Origin: Pasteurella multocida
GTDB taxonomy: Bacteria; Pseudomonadota; Gammaproteobacteria; Enterobacterales; Pasteurellaceae
Reading direction: 5' to 3'
Assembly (NCBI RefSeq): GCF_900187275.1
Contig: NZ_LT906458.1
Location: forward strand, 2,130,001-2,162,000
Length of the DNA: 32,000 bases
The notes beneath the pieces are model-generated. The model was not told where the DNA came from. It searched no databases and was given only the letters and a program-made list of their open reading frames with translations. Shown piece after piece: positions 20,478 through 28,725 of the stretch (within the stretch, counting starts at the first letter, position 1; the number at the start of each line of letters is the position of its first letter). The translations under genes and the position numbers were made by a program.

Positions 20478-21974
20478 TTAATAGCCCTTTTTCGCTTTTT
20501 TGTAATTATTGAACACAATGCTCATGATGGTTACTAAGATTAAGAGACAGAACGCCAGTGAGAACGGTCTTTCTAAAAAGAGGGTCCAGTCTCCGTCAGA
20601 AATGAGTAACGCACGCCGGAGATTTTTTTCAGTCAATGCGCCTAATACCAGACCAAGTAAGGTTGGTACTGCGGAGAACCCAAGCTTATCCATCAGATAA
20701 GCAATAATGCCAAAGACCAATGCAGCACCGACATCAAACATGGATTCTTTGAGAGAATAAGCGCCAGCAAAGCAGAAGACCGCAATGATAGGAATTAAAA
20801 TTTGTTGCGGGATTTTCACCACTTTGGCAAAGAATTTCAGTAAATATTTGCCTTGGATAAGCATGAAAATATTAACGAAAATCAGTCCAATCATAATCGC
20901 ATAGACCGCCGTGCCATGATTCTGGAATAAGTTTGGACCAGGTGTTAAGCCGTTAATCATGAGAGCGCCTAACATTAAAGCAACTGCGGCATCGCCCGGG
21001 ATACCTAAGGTTAATAAGGGAACAAGTGCGGTACCTGTGATCGCATTATTAGCGCATTCAGCGGCAGCAATTCCTTCGACAGAGCCTTTGCCAAACTCTT
21101 CGGGCTTTTTAGACACTTTTCTGGAAAAGTCATAGCTGAGGAAAGACGCGATAGAGGCGCCAGTTCCGGGAATGATACCGACTAAAATACCCGATAATGA
21201 ACCAATGGCAAGGGGTTTCGGTAAACGCAACCATTCACTTTTCGACACGGTGCCTTTATCGAGTTTAGGCGGTTCGACTTGCTTATTTCCATGGCTTTTT
21301 AGATCACGCCCTTTATTGATAATTTCGATTAAGGCAAATAACCCAATTAAGACCACAACCAGATCAAAACCACCATATAAATTAATGTTATCAAAGGCAA
21401 AACGCATTGTACTGCCGCTGATCAGATCCATACCAATGAAGGACAGGAATAAACCCAAACAGCCCGAGATAATCCCTTTTAATAAACTTTCTCCACTGAC
21501 ACCGGCAATAATGGTTAAGCCAAAGGCACAAATCAGAAAGTATTCCGGTGAACCCATTTTGAGGGCGACTTTGGCGACTTCTGGTGCCAAGAAGAGCAAT
21601 ACCAGCGCACTGACAATTCCTCCAACAAATGATGCGTACAGGGCAACGTTTAAGGCTTTTTGTGCCATACCTCGGTTCGCTAATGGATTACCATCTAACA
21701 TGGTGGCGGCAGCGTGTGGGGTGCCGGGGGTTTTGATGAGAATCGCAGAAATGGATCCCCCGTAGCTTCCCGCACAATAAATGCCCAATAAAAACATAAA
21801 AGAATGAATCGCATTTAAAGAATACGTAATGGGGAGAAAGAGGACTAAACAAAGCATGACAGTCAGTCCCGGAATCGAACCAAAGACGATACCTAAAAAT
21901 AGGCCTAGATTAATATAAAGAAAGCTTCCCCAAGTAAAGAACTCGTTAAACCCCGCAATGATTTGGTCAAACAT
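20478..21974 (-). CDS. tctA: Tripartite tricarboxylate transporter (TTT) large permease TctA
   Basis: About 498 aa polytopic membrane protein with typical TctA motifs (GxxPGxG repeats: GSIPGLT, GIIPGTG, GIPGD). I moved the start to ATG 21974, preceded by AGGAG. Confidence 0.88.
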   Translation of the reverse strand: MFDQIIAGFNEFFTWGSFLYINLGLFLGIVFGSIPGLTVMLCLVLFLPITYSLNAIHSFMFLLGIYCAGSYGGSISAILIKTPGTPHAAATMLDGNPLANRGMAQKALNVALYASFVGGIVSALVLLFLAPEVAKVALKMGSPEYFLICAFGLTIIAGVSGESLLKGIISGCLGLFLSFIGMDLISGSTMRFAFDNINLYGGFDLVVVLIGLFALIEIINKGRDLKSHGNKQVEPPKLDKGTVSKSEWLRLPKPLAIGSLSGILVGIIPGTGASIASFLSYDFSRKVSKKPEEFGKGSVEGIAAAECANNAITGTALVPLLTLGIPGDAAVALMLGALMINGLTPGPNLFQNHGTAVYAIMIGLIFVNIFMLIQGKYLLKFFAKVVKIPQQILIPIIAVFCFAGAYSLKESMFDVGAALVFGIIAYLMDKLGFSAVPTLLGLVLGALTEKNLRRALLISDGDWTLFLERPFSLAFCLLILVTIMSIVFNNYKKAKKGY

Positions 21975-21982
21975 AAACACTC

Positions 21983-22435
21983 CTACGGTAACGAAATATT
22001 AAGTAAATACTCGAAAATAAAAGAAACAGCCGTAATCACCGTGGCAACAATGGCGTAGTATTGCCAATTCCGGCAACGGAAGAACAGTAACATTAAGAAG
22101 GCAAAGATAATGGAGGAAACCATAAAAGGTAACCAATACAACATAAACCAATACAATACCAATAATAGAATAACAATCGAGGCGTTTAACTCCTCGCTTA
22201 AGGTTAAGGTCACCATCTTGCTTGGTTGTTTGCGAATAATTTTGATGATTTCTTTGACAAGCAAAATACAGCTACAAAGTGCCATCAGACCAATAATCAG
22301 GCGAGGAAAGGTTTGTGCAGTAATACCATCATCTTCATCAATGACAATTTGTAAAGGGACTAACAACCATAATGTGATGGATAAAATAAGGAAAACGGCA
22401 GCACCGACTAAATCTTGGCGAAAAGTTATTTTCAT
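21983..22435 (-). CDS. tctB: TTT small membrane subunit TctB
   Basis: 150 aa with four TM helices, positioned between tctC and tctA. ATG 22435 is preceded by GGAGA. Confidence 0.7.
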   Translation of the reverse strand: MKITFRQDLVGAAVFLILSITLWLLVPLQIVIDEDDGITAQTFPRLIIGLMALCSCILLVKEIIKIIRKQPSKMVTLTLSEELNASIVILLLVLYWFMLYWLPFMVSSIIFAFLMLLFFRCRNWQYYAIVATVITAVSFIFEYLLNISLP

Positions 22436-22499
22436 CACAATATCTCCAAAAAAATAACCAACATAGTGGGAGAGTCAACACTATGCTGGCTATTGTGGG

Positions 22500-23459
22500 T
22501 TATTTAACGAGTTTAGAATATTTAGCCGCTTTATCCATGGTGGAGTCAATATAGGCTTTGACTGCTGCGCCATCTTTGATATCTAAACGGATACCAATAT
22601 TTTTCGCGGTTTGTTGTAGTTTTGGATTTTCTAAGATGTTTTTAAGAGCTTGATAGTTTTTATCAATGATCGCTTGGTCTGTGCCGGCACGAATAAAGAC
22701 AGCACAAGTGTTGATCATCCAAGTATCATAGCCGTGATCGACAACACTGTCTAAGTTATACACGTCATCAACCAATTTTTTCTCATCAAAGGCCACGACC
22801 GCTTTTGCATTTCCTGCTTTGACGAATTCTTTTGCTAAAGAGGCGTGTGTTGTTGCAAAATCAACTTCCCCTGAAATGACAGCGGTTAAGGCTTCATTCG
22901 CACCGTCATAAGGAATGATTTGGTATTTTGCCCCCATTTCATTGAATAAAGCGGCAGATTGTAATGCTTCAGAGGAGTTTGTACCGTTGGTCGCAATTTT
23001 GATTTTTTTCCCTTTTGCAATGTACTCTTTTAAGCTTGGGATACTGTCTACTTTTGTTCTTGGATTGGTGACTAACACAAAAGTGGAAGAGTAAATGTTA
23101 ATGACTGGTACGAAATCTTCAAATTTGTATGCCACTTTCATTGTTAAAGGTGCAATAGCAAAGCTCCCTTCACCCCCTAAAATTAATTTGTGTGTGTTTG
23201 GTTTTTCTTTTGTATATTCTGTTAATGCGACTGCACCACCTGAGCCCAGAATATTATCTGCCAGTAATGGTTGACCATATTGCTCTTTTCCATATTCCGA
23301 CATCGCACGGTTAATTTGGTCTGCAAGTCCGCCTACCGCCCAAGGCGTAATAATTGTGACGGGGGCTGTTGGCCAATTTGTTTGCGCCATAGAATTGATT
23401 GAAACGAGACCTAATAAACCAATTAAGCTCGCTTTAATTGCGGATTTCCACGTTTTCAT
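22500..23459 (-). CDS. tctC: TTT periplasmic substrate-binding protein TctC (Bug family)
   Basis: I moved the start to ATG 23459 (MKTWKSAIKASLIGLLGLVSINSMAQ, a signal peptide), preceded by AAGGAG. The mature N-terminus reads PVTIITPWAVGGLAD, typical of Bug/TctC. Confidence 0.85.
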   Translation of the reverse strand: MKTWKSAIKASLIGLLGLVSINSMAQTNWPTAPVTIITPWAVGGLADQINRAMSEYGKEQYGQPLLADNILGSGGAVALTEYTKEKPNTHKLILGGEGSFAIAPLTMKVAYKFEDFVPVINIYSSTFVLVTNPRTKVDSIPSLKEYIAKGKKIKIATNGTNSSEALQSAALFNEMGAKYQIIPYDGANEALTAVISGEVDFATTHASLAKEFVKAGNAKAVVAFDEKKLVDDVYNLDSVVDHGYDTWMINTCAVFIRAGTDQAIIDKNYQALKNILENPKLQQTAKNIGIRLDIKDGAAVKAYIDSTMDKAAKYSKLVK

Positions 23460-23588
23460 TTCACTTCTCCTTATATTATGAGCGGTTAAATAAGAGGGTA
23501 TTTTTGAAAAGTTGTAAATAGCATATAAAAGAAACACCAAAATGAGTATGATTATTGTCATATCTGTAGGGTGAACTGGATCACAAAA

Positions 23589-24680
23589 TCATAACAATCT
23601 TTGTTTTTTTGTTAAAAAAATGGCTAATTTCTTCAAGTAAGGCGACATATGGCTTAATGCACTGTAGTAAGACTCACATAAAATATTATGTGCTTCACCG
23701 AAACCTTGTACTGTGCGATGCTTAGGACAGCCTCCATGACAAGCAAAGTAGAATTGACATTGCTGACATTTATGGGACACCTTTTGTTTATCTGCGCCGA
23801 ATTTTTGTTGTTGTGCGGAATAAACAATTTGTTTGAGTGGGGTTTCAATTAAATTACCGATTTTATAGTGAGGATACACATAGTGATCGCAACTAAAAAT
23901 ATCGCCGTTTTGTTCGACGATCATTTGATCACCACAGGTTTTACGGAAAATACATAAACTCGGTTGCATGCCTAAAAACGCCATGAGCCACTGCTCAATA
24001 AACTGCACCCCAATCTTACCAATATCATGCGCATACCATTCGTCAAAAATCTCAATCATAAATTGACCGTATTCTTTCGCCCCCGCTTGCTGTTCCCATT
24101 CACCCATTAAAGGGATGAACTGCATATACGTCGAGCCAATTTGTTTTAGAAATTGGTAAACTGCTTTACCATGTAACACATTTTGTTTATGGACAACAGT
24201 GAGGGTATTGAAAGACACGTTGAAGGCAATCAGATTTTCCAGTGCATGCATGACCTGATGAAAGGTGCCTTTTTGACTTTTAGTTACGCGGTACACATCA
24301 TGCAAATGTTCGGGACCATCAATAGATAAGCCCACTAAAAACTGGTTTTGTTGCAGAAATTGACACCATTGTTTATCTAAGAGGACACCATTAGTTTGTA
24401 GGGCATTATAGATTGTTTTACCGTTAGCATATTTTTGTTGGAATTCAACGGCTTTTTGGTAAAACGCAATGCCCGCAAGTGTTGGCTCACCACCTTGCCA
24501 GAGAAAAGTGACCTCTTTTTGTGGGGCAAGTTGTAAATATTTTTTGACATACGCTTCAAGCATGTCATCACTCATCGCGCGTTGCTGTAGATGTGGTTTT
24601 TCGAGATAGAAACAATATTTACAATCTAAATTACACAATGAGCCTGTTGGCTTTGCCATTAATTGAAAAGGAGTTTGCAT
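23589..24680 (-). CDS. Anaerobic sulfatase-maturating enzyme (radical SAM / SPASM, AslB/AtsB/ChuR family)
   Basis: Contains the CNLDCKYCFY radical-SAM cluster, GGEPTL and the C-terminal SPASM motif CQQCQFYFACHGGC (Cx2Cx5Cx3C). I moved the start to ATG 24680 (MQTPFQLMAKP), preceded by GAGGTGG. Confidence 0.88.
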   Translation of the reverse strand: MQTPFQLMAKPTGSLCNLDCKYCFYLEKPHLQQRAMSDDMLEAYVKKYLQLAPQKEVTFLWQGGEPTLAGIAFYQKAVEFQQKYANGKTIYNALQTNGVLLDKQWCQFLQQNQFLVGLSIDGPEHLHDVYRVTKSQKGTFHQVMHALENLIAFNVSFNTLTVVHKQNVLHGKAVYQFLKQIGSTYMQFIPLMGEWEQQAGAKEYGQFMIEIFDEWYAHDIGKIGVQFIEQWLMAFLGMQPSLCIFRKTCGDQMIVEQNGDIFSCDHYVYPHYKIGNLIETPLKQIVYSAQQQKFGADKQKVSHKCQQCQFYFACHGGCPKHRTVQGFGEAHNILCESYYSALSHMSPYLKKLAIFLTKKQRLL

Positions 24681-24708
24681 TACCACCTCAATCCGAGAAA
24701 ATGAATTT

Positions 24709-24751
24709 ATCATACAAAGAGAACGGACATTTTAATATGATAGTGATCATA
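24709..24751 (-). promoter_or_regulatory. Candidate class-II activator-dependent promoter: FNR/CRP-family dyad TATGATcactATCATA centred at -41.5 plus a TATGAT -10
   Basis: The dyad is at 24736-24751. Exactly 21 nt separate it from the minus-strand hexamer TATGAT at 24714-24709. The predicted TSS is near 24702, 22 nt before the anSME ATG. No good -35 is present, as expected for class-II promoters. Confidence 0.45.
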
Positions 24752-24916
24752 ACAACATGAAAAAACTGTCGTACTATCAAATGACGCTGTTTATGCTTTG
24801 TAGGGATTTTTTCTTTTCAAGTGAGAAATAGTCTCAAGGGATTGATCTCAGGAAATGGGGAGGAAAGGCATTTGGTGGTGGGATTTTTCGCTAACCTACG
24901 CCTTTCGCCCTGAGTA

Positions 24917-24972
24917 CTGCAACAAAACACTTAGATCGGATAAGAATTATGATCTATTTGTTTCTGTTGCAG
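24917..24972. other. 56-nt long imperfect hairpin just downstream of the ytfL-like gene, with no U-tract
   Basis: ctgcaacaaaacacttagatcg ... gatctatttgtttctgttgcag: about 20 paired positions with one bulge. Confidence 0.5.
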
Positions 24973-24987
24973 TGGGAATGTGAGCAT

Positions 24988-26292
24988 TTAAGCGGTAGGG
25001 TCAATGTCCTTTCTGAGAGAAACTAACAGTTGGTCAATTTTCACATTTTCGGTATCAATAATTTCAAATTTGTATTTATCATACAATACAAAATCGGTTT
25101 TTTTCGGAATCTTACGCAGCATATACATCATAAAGCCACCGATTGTTTCGTAATTTTCTTCGCCCGGAAAATGACTTAAATTGAGGGCGCGCATGACATC
25201 TTCCAAGGGCGTTGCACCATCAATCAACCAAGAGTCTTCATCACGGCGCACGATTTGTTCTTCTTCATTCGACACTAATTCACCCATAACAATGCTCATC
25301 ACATCATTTAAAGTAATAATCCCGACCACCAGTGCGTACTCATTAACAATCACAGCAAAATCTTCCCCTGTCGATTTGAATAATTCAAGCACTTCAAATA
25401 ACGAGAGCGTATCTGGAATAAATAGGGCTTTACGTAAAAGACGACTGTCTGTTAATGAGACCCCTTTTTCAACTTGGAGATACATTGTCAGTAATGTGTG
25501 CGATTCTACATAACCGAGAATGCGATCTAAGCCGTTATCACAAATTAATAATTTAGAATGCGAATTGTGCGTGAGGGTATCTAGCACGGCTTGGCGATCA
25601 AAAGAGCGGTCTAAAAACACAATATTTTCACGCGTTGTCATCGTTGAAGTGACTGTACGTTGTTGCATCTCAAAAATATTTTCGATCAAATAATGCTCTT
25701 GAGCATTAACAACCCCAGCCTCTGCTCCTGCCCCGACAATCGCGACGATATCTTCTGGAGTCATATTTTCTTCACGTATGGTCGAAATTCTAAAGAGCTT
25801 AAAAAAGCCATTGGCAATAGAATCAAAAATCATCACCAAGGGTTTGAGTAAGAAAATACAGACAGACATAATACGTACAGTACGCAGTGCCACTTTTTCA
25901 GGATTAATCATCGCTAAACGTTTAGGCACGAGATCCGCAAGCAGCACAAATAAGGTTGTGACTAAAGCGAATGCCAACCAAGAGGCGGCGCTATCTAGCC
26001 ATTCGACACTGACGTGTTGGGTTAAGACGAGGGCTAAGTAGGGGCGAATCGCACTTTCGCCAATAATTCCACCTAAAATGGCGACCATATTTAAGCCGAT
26101 TTGGACAACGGTAATAAAGCGTCCCGGTTGGCTTTGTAGCTCAAGTACTAATTGCGCGCGAGCATCACCGTCGTTGACTAAACTTTGTAGTTTGATTTTT
26201 CGCGCACCGGCGAGTGACATTTCAGCGGCTGAAATCACCGCACTGATAATGATCAGTATGCCTAAACTTAGAATTGCTTCAAATAAACTCAT
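24988..26292 (-). CDS. CNNM/DUF21-CBS-CorC_HlyC family membrane protein (YtfL/TlyC-like, putative divalent cation or polyamine efflux)
   Basis: Begins MSLFEAILSLGILIIISAVISAAEMSLAGARKIKLQ, like E. coli YtfL, followed by a CBS pair and a CorC C-terminal domain. I moved the start to ATG 26292; the track start is a TTG. Confidence 0.85.
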   Translation of the reverse strand: MSLFEAILSLGILIIISAVISAAEMSLAGARKIKLQSLVNDGDARAQLVLELQSQPGRFITVVQIGLNMVAILGGIIGESAIRPYLALVLTQHVSVEWLDSAASWLAFALVTTLFVLLADLVPKRLAMINPEKVALRTVRIMSVCIFLLKPLVMIFDSIANGFFKLFRISTIREENMTPEDIVAIVGAGAEAGVVNAQEHYLIENIFEMQQRTVTSTMTTRENIVFLDRSFDRQAVLDTLTHNSHSKLLICDNGLDRILGYVESHTLLTMYLQVEKGVSLTDSRLLRKALFIPDTLSLFEVLELFKSTGEDFAVIVNEYALVVGIITLNDVMSIVMGELVSNEEEQIVRRDEDSWLIDGATPLEDVMRALNLSHFPGEENYETIGGFMMYMLRKIPKKTDFVLYDKYKFEIIDTENVKIDQLLVSLRKDIDPTA

Positions 26293-26338
26293 AAAATATC
26301 TCTGTTTTGAACGGTAAGGGAGGCTAGGAAGAAACAAA

Positions 26339-26367
26339 ACGTGGCTTAATGTGAGATTAAACCACGT
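26339..26367 (-). terminator. Hairpin plus T-run after the DUF1523-like gene
   Basis: On the minus strand: acgtggtttaat-ctcac-attaagccacgt (12 bp including one G-U) followed by tttgtttctt. Confidence 0.5.
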
Positions 26368-26382
26368 GAGAGAAAAGAGGCG

Positions 26383-26907
26383 CTAGTTTTCGCTATCAAA
26401 CCAGCCACGAATGAATTGGACTGAAAAGAAAAGCGTAATGAGTAATATAAAATACAAAATGTAGGCGAAAATTGGATGTGATGGTGAGGCATGTTCATCC
26501 ATTGCTTTAATATTGAGCGCATTACGGAATTCATCAAACATCACTAAACGCCATCCATAGTATTTAATTTGTACTTTCTGTCCTTCTTTAATTAATGCTT
26601 CTGCCTCAGCATGTAAATTGGCTGAGCCAAATTTGAAATAGAATGGGAAACCCCAACGCGTGTCCTCATTGCGGTAAACCATAATCTTGCCATCTTGGTT
26701 TTGTGTATTAATAAAATAGACGTCACGGGTTGGACCATCGGCTGGATTGGCTTTCGTGATCGGACCATCTTTATCGACCCGTTTCACCTCGACCCCCGTC
26801 ACTTTAGTCACTTCATAACTTGGTGTGACGAAATTCACGGTTGCGAATAAGACGAGGTGAAAAACAAAAATCACCGTCAGAAAAAAGTATTTAAAAAATT
26901 TTCGCAT
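26383..26907 (-). CDS. Membrane-anchored hypothetical protein (N- and C-terminal TM helices; resembles DUF1523 family)
   Basis: 174 aa preceded by the SD AAGGGA. The family assignment is from memory of similar Pasteurellaceae/Vibrio proteins and is not verified. Confidence 0.55.
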   Translation of the reverse strand: MRKFFKYFFLTVIFVFHLVLFATVNFVTPSYEVTKVTGVEVKRVDKDGPITKANPADGPTRDVYFINTQNQDGKIMVYRNEDTRWGFPFYFKFGSANLHAEAEALIKEGQKVQIKYYGWRLVMFDEFRNALNIKAMDEHASPSHPIFAYILYFILLITLFFSVQFIRGWFDSEN

Positions 26908-26951
26908 CGTATTTCCCTTAATAAGTATTATCCACCCAGTATATAGTTGAT

Positions 26952-27734
26952 TTATTGTACATTAATTTTGAACAAACGTTCAAAGTTTTGTGTAGTGAGT
27001 TGGGCAAACTCTTCAAAAGACACGCCTTTTAATGTCGCCACATACTCACAGACTTCGCGTACATAAGCAGGTTGATTTTGTTTGCCACGATAAGGGACTG
27101 GCGCTAAATAAGGGGAATCTGTTTCGATTAATAAACGGTCAAGAGGTACACGGCGTGCCACATCACGAATTTCTTCTGCATTTTTAAACGTGATGATACC
27201 CGACAGCGAAATATACAGTCCTAAATCTAAGCCTTTTTTCGCCATGTCCCAATTTTCAGTAAAACAATGTAATACGCCACCGCACTTATCCGCATGGTTT
27301 TCAGCCAGCAAACGAATGGTATCTTCTCGGGCACTGCGAGTATGCACAATTACCGGTTTATTCAATTGGTTAGCAATTTGAATTTGGTTGGCAAAAATCG
27401 CCTGTTGGGTTGTTTTATTTTCTGCGCTGTAATAGTAATCTAATCCGGTTTCACCAATCGCGACAACTTTGGGATCATCAGCTAATTTCAACAGACGATC
27501 GGCATCAAATGGCTCATCATCCAGATCGAGGGGGTGTACACCACATGCTAAAGAAACATTCTTAAATTTAGCCAATGTGGCATAAATTTGCTCAAAACGA
27601 GTTAAGGTAACCCCTACAGCAAGTAAATGTTTCACTTCTCTTTCCATGGCTTTGTTAACCACGTCATCAACACTGCTGTGTAAGTTTTCATAATCCAGTG
27701 CATCAAGATGACAGTGGGAATCGACAATAAACAT
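26952..27734 (-). CDS. ycfH: TatD-family metal-dependent hydrolase (YcfH-like)
   Basis: Begins [11 protein letters not shown] and contains [12 protein letters not shown] and ETDSPYL motifs. It follows holB as in E. coli. Confidence 0.88.
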   Translation of the reverse strand: MFIVDSHCHLDALDYENLHSSVDDVVNKAMEREVKHLLAVGVTLTRFEQIYATLAKFKNVSLACGVHPLDLDDEPFDADRLLKLADDPKVVAIGETGLDYYYSAENKTTQQAIFANQIQIANQLNKPVIVHTRSAREDTIRLLAENHADKCGGVLHCFTENWDMAKKGLDLGLYISLSGIITFKNAEEIRDVARRVPLDRLLIETDSPYLAPVPYRGKQNQPAYVREVCEYVATLKGVSFEEFAQLTTQNFERLFKINVQ

Positions 27735-27737
27735 ATT

Positions 27738-28721
27738 TTATCCTTCAAATACATCGGTAATTAATTGAGTGAGACCGTCTAATAAGATGAGTTCTTGGTT
27801 GACGGCATTAATTTGCGTTAAATCGGTACGTACTTTCTGTATGATGTGTGTGGCATGAAGTAATGCCTGTGCGCTTTGTTGTTGACTTAATTGCAGTACG
27901 CCAGCAGCGAGATCCTGACATAACCAATCGCTTTTAATCTGTAATTTTGCTTTGAGAGCATCACTTAAAAAAGCGAGTAACCAGTCAAGTTGGTGGAGGA
28001 GAATGGCTTTATCAAAAAAAGGTAACAGTTCTAACGGAGAACGTTTCCGATAAAATAGCCAGAATTGACGCAAAAACTCACGACGTTTTTCCAATAAATC
28101 TTGTTGTAGTACCGTTAAGGCATGCAATGGTCGCCCATAGCTAATACGAAGTGCGGTCTGGATTGCTGCAATTTCTTGTGTCGTTTGTTGCTGTAACCAA
28201 ACGATCGCACTGGTTTCAGCTGGGAGCGCCAATTTTTGCGTTTGGCAGCGACTATAAATCGTCGGCATCACTGAGTCGGATGCTTCTGCGTATAGCAGAA
28301 AATAAGTATTTGGACGTGGTTCTTCAAGGGTTTTTAACATCGCATTGGCAGCGGCTTCGGTTAAACGCGAAACACCCAGCACATAGATGATCTTATTGCC
28401 TCCTTGTTGGGCATGTTGATTAATTTTCTCATTCACTTCACGCACTTGATCCACACCAATATCTTTATTTTCAATCGGGGTCAAGGTATAGATATCAGGA
28501 TGAGTTTGGGCTTGAAACAAATGACAATGATGACATTGTTGGCAAGGTTGTTGGTTTTGCGGTTGCTGGCAAATGAGCCAATGACCTAAGGCAAATAATA
28601 GCTGTTCAGTGCCTAAGCCTTGCTCGGCTTGAAACAAGAGCGCATGATGCCCATGTCCTTGTTGGAAGGCATCAATACGTTGTTGATAGTAAGGCAACAG
28701 CCAAGGATACAATGTCATCAT
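27738..28721 (-). CDS. holB: DNA polymerase III subunit delta prime
   Basis: Contains YPWLLPYY, GHHALLF, the zinc-module CQQCHHCHLF, AANAMLKTLEEP and SRC. Confidence 0.9.
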   Translation of the reverse strand: MMTLYPWLLPYYQQRIDAFQQGHGHHALLFQAEQGLGTEQLLFALGHWLICQQPQNQQPCQQCHHCHLFQAQTHPDIYTLTPIENKDIGVDQVREVNEKINQHAQQGGNKIIYVLGVSRLTEAAANAMLKTLEEPRPNTYFLLYAEASDSVMPTIYSRCQTQKLALPAETSAIVWLQQQTTQEIAAIQTALRISYGRPLHALTVLQQDLLEKRREFLRQFWLFYRKRSPLELLPFFDKAILLHQLDWLLAFLSDALKAKLQIKSDWLCQDLAAGVLQLSQQQSAQALLHATHIIQKVRTDLTQINAVNQELILLDGLTQLITDVFEG

Positions 28722-28725
28722 CTGT

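Noticed and set aside
21172-21765. 197-aa ORF antisense to tctA, with similar antisense ORFs at 15664-16122 (nhaA), 25181-25513 and 25778-26317 (ytfL-like), 30948-31673 (serA), 12302-12580 (ubiB) and 5873-6366 (zipA)
   Set aside because: All are fully embedded opposite strongly supported genes. They have Arg/Ser/Pro-biased composition typical of antisense frames and no translation signals.
24855-24983. 42-aa + strand ORF (MGRKGIWWWDF...) in the anSME/ytfL intergenic region
   Set aside because: The SD is not properly spaced, the ORF runs through the long hairpin at 24917-24972, and it has no coding-like features.
28677-28683. Apparent extra T (acgtttgttg versus the expected acgttgttg) when I hand-translated the holB N-terminus, which would imply a frameshift
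   Set aside because: The supplied ORF track, computed from the same sequence, gives an intact 327-aa HolB with consistent coordinates on both sides. I attribute the one-base discrepancy to my own reading or counting, not to a pseudogene.
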